From positions 512,001 to 576,000 of the forward strand of contig JAYFMW010000020.1 of assembly GCA_042408215.1 (NCBI GenBank): a DNA stretch of 64,000 nucleotides. The letters run 5' to 3'. Of the stretch, positions 51,892 to 60,498 are shown in pieces. The notes under the pieces were generated by a model that was not told the origin of the DNA, made no database searches, and saw only the letters and a program-made list of their open reading frames with translations. The translations under genes were made by a program, and so were the position numbers. How positions within the stretch are numbered: position 1 is the first letter of the stretch; every line of letters begins with the position of its first letter. The stretch is from Microcoleus sp. GTDB lineage: Bacteria; Cyanobacteriota; Cyanobacteriia; Cyanobacteriales; Microcoleaceae.

Positions 51892-52003
51892 ATTCCTAGG
51901 CAGATAGCTGGATGGAACCTAATTTTTTCACTTCCTGAAAAAAACAATTGAATGCAAGTTTTTCACTTTCCAGTTTTCCTAAGCAGTATTCAAAATATCA
52001 AGC

Positions 52004-52684
52004 CTAAAGTTCTGCCCATTTCCGCAGCAGATTAGCGTGAGTTTTACTCAGCAGATCAAACTCAACAGTCTTCCCTTGCTTCTCGAAAATGGCTCGACGC
52101 ACCGTATCGAGATCAAACAAAATTTCACGCTCTTGAGTATCTCGCACTAAGCTTTGTACCCAAGTGACTGCTGCTAAACGAACTCCTCTAGTCACCGTTG
52201 CGACACGATGCAATGCGGTGGATGGGTAGACAATCATCGATCGAGCCGGTAGTTTAAAGGACTGTTCCCCCAAACTCGTATCAATTACGAGTTCACCCCC
52301 ATCATAGGTATCAGGTGCACTTAGAAATAAGGTAACAGAAATATCCGATCGCGTCAGGAACTCTTCACCCACGATCGCGTTATCAGTATGTAAGCCATAT
52401 TCCATCCCTGTTTCATAGCGGCTGAAGAGAGCCGGACGAATAATTTTAGGACGCACAACAGCCTGAAACAAAGCATTGCGTTTGAGTGCCTGATTCACAA
52501 TTGCCTTAACAGACTCCGCCGCATCTGTGTTGCCTTCAAGCTGTTGATTGTGCTTCACTATTTTAGCATAGACTCCAGCCGTTAGTTTCCCATCCACAAA
52601 CTCAGCTTCTTTGAGGATCTGGTAGATCTCATCCAGTTCTTCAGGAGTTAAAACATTGTCAATTGCAAGAATCATAACACTCAA
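52004..52684 (-). CDS. PKHD-type Fe(II)/2OG hydroxylase (PiuC/YbiX)
   Basis: FVDGKLTAG, YGLHTDN, YDGGEL, YPSTALHRV, WVQSLVRD, NLLRKWAE. Confidence 0.93.
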   Translation of the reverse strand: MSVMILAIDNVLTPEELDEIYQILKEAEFVDGKLTAGVYAKIVKHNQQLEGNTDAAESVKAIVNQALKRNALFQAVVRPKIIRPALFSRYETGMEYGLHTDNAIVGEEFLTRSDISVTLFLSAPDTYDGGELVIDTSLGEQSFKLPARSMIVYPSTALHRVATVTRGVRLAAVTWVQSLVRDTQEREILFDLDTVRRAIFEKQGKTVEFDLLSKTHANLLRKWAEL

Positions 52685-52736
52685 ACACCGCTCTGTTTAA
52701 TTACAAGGTTGACTTCTGAAATTATAAGAAATACCC

Positions 52737-53019
52737 TGAAAACCCTGCGACTTTAGTCCAGGGATGAAAGGGCGTTGCAGGATTTATCCTGCCTGCCCCA
52801 TCTTGACAAACCGATTTTGGTTTGATCAAGTTGTTGAAACCTAGTTGGTGAAAAACCCGACAGTTGCAAGCCGTTAGGCAAAAAAGTAGCCATAGACTCA
52901 GCAACTCGCTGTGTGGGTAGCGGGTATCTGACTTACCCTTTAAGAACCGAAGTTTGGGTGGATTCATCCCCAAAGTTTGTCCTTAAGAATCCCCGCGTCT
53001 TCAGACCGGGGAGTGTCAA
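52737..53019 (+). mobile_element. short non-autonomous IS200/IS605 element (PATE-like)
   Basis: Left hairpin CCCTGCGACTTTAGTCCAGGG, right end AAGAATCCCCGCGTCTTCAGACCGGGGAGTGTCAA. Confidence 0.75.
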
Positions 53020-53264
53020 TTCTTACCCTTTTCACCGCCCTCTCCGCCTTCACCGCCTTTACCAGGTTTACCCTTTTCACCGCCCTCACCCTTTTCACCG
53101 CCTTGACTACTGCTAGAGACACTAGGGGAGGGGCTGGTTAGAGAAGAGGAGGGGCTTGTTGAAGAAGATGTGGGTGTTACAGCACCTATGGCTGCACCAG
53201 CGCTGGCTGCAAGGCTTGCAGTCAATCCCAGGCTCAGAAACAGGGCTACTGATTTAGAATTCAT
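53016..53264 (-). CDS. small secreted Ser/Gly-Glu-rich protein (GGEGG repeats)
   Basis: Signal peptide, Ser/Pro linker, GGEKGEGGEKG...GGEGGEGGEKG. AGGAG RBS. Confidence 0.75.
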   Translation of the reverse strand: MNSKSVALFLSLGLTASLAASAGAAIGAVTPTSSSTSPSSSLTSPSPSVSSSSQGGEKGEGGEKGKPGKGGEGGEGGEKGKN

Positions 53265-53311
53265 TCGCGTTCTCCTTATTGGTGTTCCAGAATCATGCCA
53301 ACATCATAAAT

Positions 53312-53338
53312 GGCAAAAAGTAAAGATTTAGGAAAGAT
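53312..53338 (-). promoter_or_regulatory. putative OmpR-family operator (11-bp-spaced direct repeat)
   Basis: GGCAAAAAGTAAAGA-ttta-GGAAAGAT. Near-identical motif at 56109-56134. Confidence 0.55.
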
Positions 53339-53387
53339 GGTGCGATCAGTTTTGGGGATAGTAAATTCTATCAAAAACGATTAATCA

Positions 53388-53474
53388 ACCTAACGGTTCT
53401 GTTCAGCGGCGGCTAGTAACCTTTGAATAGCGACCAAGATGTCTCTATCGTCCGCTGCAACACATTTGTTAGGC
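53388..53474. other. integron attC-like site (87 bp)
   Basis: ACCTAAC ... GTTAGGC boxes, internal TGTT-CAGCGG / CCGCTG-C-AACA pairing. Confidence 0.72.
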
Positions 53475-53537
53475 TGATTAATTGTAGTTAGTTGTTAATG
53501 AGAAGAATCTCTGACACCAGCGCCCTAATCTTCAGGT

Positions 53538-54122
53538 TTACGCTTTAGCAGCTCGACTTCGGAGAATACCTGTCATCTGAATCCCTGTTACCAACATTGC
53601 CAATAGCCCTAAACCTACGAGGAGTACATACACAGCGCGTAATTCCTTCCCTAGATAACTACCTTGATGGATATCCAGAAAGAACTTGGCTTGCTCATCC
53701 GATAGACCAAACCATGCTTTGCCAAGACGGTACGTGATACCTGTTGATGCGCTCACGAATAAGGGTAAGAAGAAAACTGGAGCCAGAAAACCATGCACCA
53801 GACGAAAACTAAATTTTGCAGGTTTTGATTCACCCTCGCTGTTTTTTCTCCGTTGCTTGATCATGGTGATCCCACTGACTAGCATAGCTGCTAATCCTAA
53901 ACCTACAAGCAACACATAAACAGGCACCAGAGGCTTGCCTAGATACCCCCCCTGATGAATCGTCATCATGAATTCACCAAACTCATCCGATAGGCCAAAC
54001 CAAGTTCTGCCGATGCGATAAGCCATACCACTAAAGGCACTTAGCAGTAGCGGTAAAAATAGGATTGGGGCAATTTTGCGGTGTAATTTACGCAAGTTCA
54101 TAGTGGACATATAGTTTACCAA
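53538..54122 (-). CDS. PepSY-associated TM helix protein (internally duplicated)
   Basis: Two copies of R..H...AP..FLPL..SA..G..YR.G..WFGLSDE...IHQG.YLG. Confidence 0.85.
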   Translation of the reverse strand: MVNYMSTMNLRKLHRKIAPILFLPLLLSAFSGMAYRIGRTWFGLSDEFGEFMMTIHQGGYLGKPLVPVYVLLVGLGLAAMLVSGITMIKQRRKNSEGESKPAKFSFRLVHGFLAPVFFLPLFVSASTGITYRLGKAWFGLSDEQAKFFLDIHQGSYLGKELRAVYVLLVGLGLLAMLVTGIQMTGILRSRAAKA

Positions 54123-54174
54123 CTTAATTGTGAATTGCTTGCTGATTTATGTTTTTGAAGGACAGGGCAATGCC

Positions 54175-54391
54175 CATTAGTGTCAACAATCGCCTGAAAC
54201 CCTTGAGAAATCTGGGTTTTACGCCAAGTCTAGATCCCCCTAAATCCCCCTTAAGAAGGGAGTAGGGTGTGAGTAGGGGTTGACTTTGAAAAGACTCTTA
54301 TCCCCCCCTTCTTAAGGGGGGCTAGGGGGGATCTAGACTTTGCCTAAAAGCGACATTTATATGGGTTTTAGGCGATTGTTGACACTCCTTG
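54175..54391 (-). mobile_element. MITE copy 2, inserted into a REP palindrome
   Basis: CATTAGTGTCAACAATCGCCT / AGGCGATTGTTGACACT ends. GGCAATGCC duplicated on both sides. Interior is the reverse complement of copies 1 and 3. Confidence 0.85.
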
Positions 54392-54467
54392 GGCAATGCC
54401 TTGTCCCTAGGGGGAGCGATCGCTAGGCGGGTGTACTTCATAAACGTGGAATCTGCTGTATGTTGAT

Positions 54468-54907
54468 CGGAAAAATGGGTTTAAAACCTCGTCCTTCTAG
54501 GACGAATTTTTATTAAGATCAATAACAAAACTACCGAATTACTGTGGTTTTTTGTTAACATATTAGTGGTTTGAAAAGACCCGCCCGAATCAAAGATACT
54601 CCGAAATAAATAGCAAGGTTGAAAGTCCTGTGGGGTTGAGATTAGAAACTGGGGAAGCGGATGTAAGGCAATGGGAAATCCAACCTTTAACGCATTAATT
54701 AACAAATTAAACAAAAAGTTTAACTTAGTGAACGAGGTTAATCTTAAGTCGCGGGAGGGCTAACGAGACTTAAAACGGACGTGGAGACAGTGTAAGACTA
54801 CTTTTTCAGTAGCAACAGTCTGCGAAGCGTCAACCCCATTCAGCGACCATCCTAAAAAGGTGGCGTGGTGAGGAATCCCCGTCCGTTTACGGCGGGGTGG
54901 ATGTCAA
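54468..54907 (+). mobile_element. non-autonomous IS605-family element (omegaRNA tail, no ORF)
   Basis: Left end GGGTTTAAAACCTCGTCCTTCTAGGACG after TTGAT, tnpB tail AAAACGGACGTGGAGACAGTGTAAGAC, right end GAATCCCCGTCCGTTTACGGCGGGGTGGATGTCAA. Confidence 0.78.
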
Positions 54908-54983
54908 GGCTCCAATCTCAAACTGTATTCCTATAGAATTTGATGTAGTGCAGGAGGGTTTGACCCTCCTATTTTGACTACGA

Positions 54984-56063
54984 TCAAATAAAGTCGGATA
55001 CATTGATCAGCGATGAATTGACACCCTGCAACGTTGCCAGAGTCTTGCCAGTACCAGCGAGTAGAAGCAGCGTATCATTTGCTGCGCTGCCACTCCCAGG
55101 CACAATCTGAATGTCTGAAAATCTCAAATCATTGAGTTTGAACTTGTCTATGCCATCCTGAAAATCGGTGAAGACATCAGCAAATTCGTACCCAGACTGG
55201 TTGGACTTGTACTGGACTTCAAATAAGTCGCTGCCCACACCGCCTGTCAAGATATCTGGGCCTTGGCCACCAACTAGGATGTCGTCTCCATCGCCACCAA
55301 GTAGTATGTCGCCGCCCTTGCCTCCTTTGAGGTAGTCATTCCCCACACCACCGTTGAGCCGATCGTTGCCTTTCTTTCCGTCGAGTCGATCGTTGCCGGC
55401 GCTACCTTCTAAAACATCATCGCCATTGATGCCTTCGAGGTTGCTTGAGTAGAAGTTGTTGCCTGATTGGTCAGATTGGCTATACTGAACAGAATTGCCT
55501 GATGTGCCCGATTGGTAATACTGATCGTTAGTTCCTGATTGGTCCGATCGACCATACTGAACAGAATTGCCTGATTGGTCCGATTCGACATACTGAACAG
55601 GATTGCCTGATGTGCCCGATTGGTAATACCGATCGCTAGTGCCTGATTGGTCCGATAGGCTATACTCAACGCGAGCGCCTGATTGGCCCGATTGGCTATA
55701 CTGAACAGAATTGCCTGATTGGCCCAATTGGCCATATTCATAGCGATCGTCTGATTGGCCCGATTGGCTATACTGAACAGAATTGCCTGATTGGCCCAAT
55801 TGGCCATATTCATAGCGATCGTCTGATTGGCCCGATTGGCTATACTGAACAGAATTGCCTGATTGGCCCAATTGGCCATATTCATAGCGATCGCCAGATT
55901 CACCCGATTCGCCAGATTCACCCGATTCGCCAGATTCACCCGATTCGCCAGATTCACCAGATTCGTCGTATTTATTACCATTATTGAGGGAAAATGCCGA
56001 TCGGGACACTCCAGAAGAATCTGCCGAGTCCAGTCCGAGGAATAGTGATACTGATTGAGACAT
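54984..56063 (-). CDS. RTX (hemolysin-type Ca-binding) protein with GES and 22-aa tandem repeats
   Basis: GNDRLDG / GNDYLKG / GDDILVG nonapeptides, (GES)n, three copies of DRYEYGQLGQSGNSVQYSQSGQS. Confidence 0.88.
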   Translation of the reverse strand: MSQSVSLFLGLDSADSSGVSRSAFSLNNGNKYDESGESGESGESGESGESGESGESGDRYEYGQLGQSGNSVQYSQSGQSDDRYEYGQLGQSGNSVQYSQSGQSDDRYEYGQLGQSGNSVQYSQSGQSGARVEYSLSDQSGTSDRYYQSGTSGNPVQYVESDQSGNSVQYGRSDQSGTNDQYYQSGTSGNSVQYSQSDQSGNNFYSSNLEGINGDDVLEGSAGNDRLDGKKGNDRLNGGVGNDYLKGGKGGDILLGGDGDDILVGGQGPDILTGGVGSDLFEVQYKSNQSGYEFADVFTDFQDGIDKFKLNDLRFSDIQIVPGSGSAANDTLLLLAGTGKTLATLQGVNSSLINVSDFI

Positions 56064-56108
56064 GATAAATTTCCTTTTTCTCTATATTTCTATCCCTCTA
56101 TTGAACTT

Positions 56109-56134
56109 GGCAAAAGTAAAGAAGTCGGAAAGAT
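56109..56134 (-). promoter_or_regulatory. putative OmpR-family operator (11-bp-spaced direct repeat)
   Basis: GGCAAAAGTAAAGA-agtc-GGAAAGAT upstream of the RTX gene. Twin of 53312-53338. Confidence 0.55.
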
Positions 56135-56206
56135 AGGTAGCAAAGAACACAATTTTTCTGAACAGGACTTACGCACAGTCTCTACATAAGCGCGTTTTGT
56201 AGGGTC

Positions 56207-56566
56207 ATATCCTTTCCGGTTGCATCGGAATGATACCGAGGACACTCCAAGAGCCCATTGGTGTCAACTTAACGTCAAACCCAGTCAGAGACTGCTGTTT
56301 GACTATTAAGCCTAGATCCCCCCTAGCCCCCCTTCCCAAGGGGGGGACAAGAGTCTTCTCAAAGTCAACCCCTACTCACACCCTACTCCCTTCTTAAGGG
56401 GGATTTAGGGGGATCTGGACTCAGGTAAAAACGAGATTTATCAAGGCTTTCAGGCTTAAGTTGACACCTATGGGCTCCTGGAGTGTCCCTACCCCATTAA
56501 TTGTAGGGACACGGCACTGCCGTGTCCTCCGTTTATATCATTCCGATGAAGAGAGGATTTAATATC
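56207..56566. mobile_element. nested repeat complex: outer GTTGCATCGGAAT-type shell, REPs and MITE copy 3 (56256-56472)
   Basis: Outer ends match the 7755-8205 units. Inner CATTGGTGTCAACTTAA...TTAAGTTGACACCTATG. REP at about 56503. Confidence 0.8.
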
Positions 56567-56632
56567 AATCCCCGTGGTTGCCCCTATTCCTGGGATTGTT
56601 GCGTCCAGGACTACTTAAGTAATCATATTGTT

Positions 56633-58075
56633 TCAGTGCTTGGCGTAACTCAGGACAGGGAAATAAACCTGAAACTGGCTTCCCAATCCCGGTTGACTGG
56701 TGACGGTAATCTTGCCGCCGTGATGGTGGGCGATCGCCTGTGCAATTGCTAAACCCAACCCGGAGCCACCGTAATGATGTTGGCGGGCTGGATCGGCTCT
56801 CCAAAAGCGATCGAAAATATAAGGGAGATGTTCGATCGCAATCCCAATACCTGTATCTTCGATCTGAATCACTACACCATCTGAGCGCTTTTGTGTTGAG
56901 ATTGTGACCATTCCCCCGGCTGGGGTATATTGCAGAGCATTCAAGATCAGGTTTAAAAATAGGCGATTTAGCTGTTCACCATTGCCTTGAATCGAAACAT
57001 CTAGAACCAAATGAGATTTCAGGGCGATGTTCTTTTGCTCTGCTTCGCTTTCCACTAGGAGGAGCAAATCCTGTAACATTTCATGCAAGTCGATGGTTAG
57101 CCAATCCTGTTTGTTGCTAAAGGGCGATCCATCCATCCGCGCCAATAACAGCAAGTCTCCCACTAAAATAGACATTTGTTCTGAAGCACTAGCGATCGCC
57201 GACAATTTCGAGACATCTGCGGGATGAATCCGTTCAGGATGGCTCTGCATCACCGATACCGAAGCACGAATCGCCGTTAGCGGGTTACGAAGTTCATGAG
57301 AGGCGTCGGAGGTAAACAGTTTAAGTTGCTCCAGACTGCTGAGGATCGGTTTCATTGATTCTCGTGTTAGCCAAGCGCTGCTAATAGTAATGATGCCTAG
57401 CATGACGATGCCGATACTGCCAAAGCTCCATCCCAATCGCCGAAGTTCTTCCTCCAGGGGAATCGTAGATGTACTAGCGCGAACATACCCGACAAGTTCG
57501 CGATCGGCGTTCACCCCCAATTTATAGACAGGTAAAACATAGCTGCGGATTTTATCATTTTGCGAGAATGTCCCAGAAACTTCTACAGAGTTGGGGAGAG
57601 GAGGCTGAGACAATATCCGTCCCTCTGCAACCATAAGATTTCTAGCATCGTCAAACCATTCCAAGCCATTTAGACTAGACAGCGAACTTTTAGATGGAAT
57701 CTCCAAGGCAAGATTTGGCTTGAGCAAGGAATCTGTTTCATACTTCCCCATTAGCTCTATCAGTGTTAGAGGATTTAAAGTGTCGAGTCTTTGACTCGAT
57801 CTATACTGCCGATGCTTTTCCTCAAGAGATAACTCGTCGTACTCATGCTTGATGATTTCTAAGGTGTGAGTCCCTGAAACAGCTAACTGCTGTAGGCGAG
57901 TGTTAACCTCTCGATTGCACTCATATTCAGTCACTCGATAGGCTACTATCCCAAACACCCCCAAGATGACCGCCATCGCGCCAAAATAAATCACCAACAG
58001 TCGATTTCGGACTGAGCGTACCTGCGGGTTAGAATTTTGGATTGAGCCGATACCCCATGCCATAGACAGTTTCAA
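56633..58075 (-). CDS. sensor histidine kinase
   Basis: Two TMs, FTSDASHELRNPL, NLILNALQYT, DTGIGI, GGSGLGL. Start uncertain. Confidence 0.93.
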   Translation of the reverse strand: MKLSMAWGIGSIQNSNPQVRSVRNRLLVIYFGAMAVILGVFGIVAYRVTEYECNREVNTRLQQLAVSGTHTLEIIKHEYDELSLEEKHRQYRSSQRLDTLNPLTLIELMGKYETDSLLKPNLALEIPSKSSLSSLNGLEWFDDARNLMVAEGRILSQPPLPNSVEVSGTFSQNDKIRSYVLPVYKLGVNADRELVGYVRASTSTIPLEEELRRLGWSFGSIGIVMLGIITISSAWLTRESMKPILSSLEQLKLFTSDASHELRNPLTAIRASVSVMQSHPERIHPADVSKLSAIASASEQMSILVGDLLLLARMDGSPFSNKQDWLTIDLHEMLQDLLLLVESEAEQKNIALKSHLVLDVSIQGNGEQLNRLFLNLILNALQYTPAGGMVTISTQKRSDGVVIQIEDTGIGIAIEHLPYIFDRFWRADPARQHHYGGSGLGLAIAQAIAHHHGGKITVTSQPGLGSQFQVYFPVLSYAKH

Positions 58076-58706
58076 TCAAATTAGGTGGTGCTCCAGCAGT
58101 TGTCAGCTTCCGCCGCAAGCTCTGTAAATGAACTTTAACAGTTTCTTCGCCCGGTGACTCTTCAAACAACCAGATTTTGTCGAGAATTGACTGTCGGCTC
58201 AGCACGCAACTGCCATGACGAAGAAATAACTCTAATAAAGCATATTCTTTCGGGGTTAGCGTTATAGATTGCTGATTGTAGGTGACACGACACTGATTGG
58301 GGTTCAGTGTTAGCCTTTCCCATTCCAAAACAGGCGAAAAGACGACGCTAGTTCGTCGTAATAGTGCCCGAATCCGCGCCAATAATTCGGGTAAATCAAA
58401 GGGCTTGACAACATAATCATCGGCTCCAACATCCAGCCCCAACACTTTGTCGCAGCTTGTATCTCGTGCTGTCAGCATCAGAATCTGAGTTTTATTGCCA
58501 GCCTGTCGCAGTTTTCGGCAGAGCGAAATCCCGTCTAGTTTAGGCAGCATCAAGTCTAGGACAATTAAGTCAAAGGAACCTGTTTCGGCGAAGGCCAATC
58601 CTGACTCACCATCTCCAACCATCTCCACAACATAACGCTGTTCCGTCAAGGCTTCAGCGATTGCTTTAGAGATGCGAAAATCATCCTCGACTAATAATAT
58701 TTTCAT
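58029..58706 (-). CDS. OmpR/PhoB-family response regulator
   Basis: ILLVEDD, LDLMLP, LTAR, GADDY..KPF, ETVYGMGYR. Confidence 0.95.
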   Translation of the reverse strand: MKILLVEDDFRISKAIAEALTEQRYVVEMVGDGESGLAFAETGSFDLIVLDLMLPKLDGISLCRKLRQAGNKTQILMLTARDTSCDKVLGLDVGADDYVVKPFDLPELLARIRALLRRTSVVFSPVLEWERLTLNPNQCRVTYNQQSITLTPKEYALLELFLRHGSCVLSRQSILDKIWLFEESPGEETVKVHLQSLRRKLTTAGAPPNLIETVYGMGYRLNPKF

Positions 58707-58933
58707 TACTTGACGGAGGGAATTACCTGAATCAGCCCGGTTTGGAAGGCTTCGTCGTAGGTGATAATGGGCAAACTTTCGAGTTCAATGGCGAGTTCCA
58801 TAAATTTGGCCTGATGTAATATCTGCGAATATTCCTCGACTAGCTGTTTAGCTTCGGGAAGTTTGCCGATGCGGTATTTGGTGGCAATTTCCCAGGCGGA
58901 GGCGCTGCTAAGGATAATCTTCTGGATCAGCAT
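58706..58933 (-). pseudogene. PIN/VapC toxin fragment
   Basis: SSASAWEIATK...GKL and PIITYDEAF motifs. The N-terminal D motif and the DPFDR segment are missing. Confidence 0.75.
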
Positions 58934-59034
58934 AAATTAAATTCTCCGGTGGTTGGTGGTTAATTAATCAGTGATATGGTCTTTATAGTAATTTGAAATT
59001 CGGTTTTTGCGCCCCGCTGCTTGCCGCCCAACCA

Positions 59035-60477
59035 TCCAAGAAACCGGGTTTCTGCGAAAATTTACGCATCCTCACCAGATTTTAGGAAGAAACCCGGTTT
59101 CTGAGTCCCACGCGCCTAGTCCAAGAAACCGGGTTTCTGCGAAAATTTACGCATCCTCACCAGATTTTAGGAAGAAACCCGGTTTCTGAGTCCCCCACGC
59201 GCCTAGTCCAAGAAACCGGGTTTCTGCGAAAATTTACGCATCCTCACCAGATTTTAGGAAGAAACCCGGTTTCTGAGTCCCACGCGCCTAGTCCAAGAAA
59301 CCGGGTTTCTGCGAAAATTTACGCATCCTCACCAGATTTTAGGAAGAAACCCGGTTTCTGAGTCCCCCACGCGCCTAGTCCAAGAAACCGGGTTTCTGCG
59401 AGAATTTACGCATCCTCACCAGATTTTAGGAAGAAACCCGGTTTCTGAGTCCCACGCGCCTAGTCCAAGAAACCGGGTTTCTGCGAAAATTTACGCATCC
59501 TCACCAGATTTTAGGAAGAAACCCGGTTTCTGAGTCCCCACGCGCCTAGTCCAAGAAACCGGGTTTCTGCGAGAATTTACGCATCCTCACCAGATTTTAG
59601 GAAGAAACCCGGTTTCTGAGTCCCACGCGCCTAGTCCAAGAAACCGGGTTTCTGCGAAAATTTACGCATCCTCACCAGATTTTAGGAAGAAACCCGGTTT
59701 CTGAGTCCCACGCGCCTAGTCCAAGAAACCGGGTTTCTGCGAAAATTTACGCATCCTCACCAGATTTTAGGAAGAAACCCGGTTTCTGAGTCCCACGCGC
59801 CTAGTCCAAGAAACCGGGTTTCTGCGAAAATTTACGCATCCTCACCAGATTTTAGGAAGAAACCCGGTTTCTGAGTCCCACGCGCCTAGTCCAAGAAACC
59901 GGGTTTCTGCGAGAATTTACGCATCCTCACCAGATTTTCGTGAGAAACCCGGTTTCTGAGTCCCACGCGCCTAGTCCAAGAAACCGGGTTTCTGCGAAAA
60001 TTTACGCATCCTCACCAGATTTTAGGAAGAAACCCGGTTTCTGAGTCCCACGCGCCTAGTCCAAGAAACCGGGTTTCTGCGAAAATTTACGCATCCTCAC
60101 CAGATTTTAGGAAGAAACCCGGTTTCTGAGTCCCACGCGCCTAGTCCAAGAAACCGGGTTTCTGCGAAAATTTACGCATCCTCACCAGATTTTAGGAAGA
60201 AACCCGGTTTCTGAGTCCCACGCGCCTAGTCCAAGAAACCGGGTTTCTGCGAAAATTTACGCATCCTCACCAGATTTTAGGAAGAAACCCGGTTTCTGAG
60301 TCCCCCACGCGCCTAGTCCAAGAAACCGGGTTTCTGCGAAAATTTACGCATCCTCACCAGATTTTAGGAAGAAACCCGGTTTCTGAGTCCCCCACGCGCC
60401 TAGTCCAAGAAACCGGGTTTCTGCGAAAATTTACGCATCCTCACCAGATTTTCGTGAGAAACCCGGTTTCTGAGTCC
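59035..60477. repeat. tandem array of 17 near-identical 85-87 bp units with paired AGAAACCGGGTTTCT/AGAAACCCGGTTTCT palindromes
   Basis: Unit starts counted at 59035, 59120, 59207 ... 60317, 60404. Length varies only in a C-run. Confidence 0.97.
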
Positions 60478-60498
60478 TGCGCCGTCTCTCAAATCCGA

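Noticed and set aside
55409..55981. Alternative-frame ANR/ANQ repeat protein
   Set aside because: Shadow frame of the tandem repeats in the RTX gene.
59035..60477. CRISPR array for the type III-A system
   Set aside because: Sequences between the palindromes are essentially identical, so there are no unique spacers.
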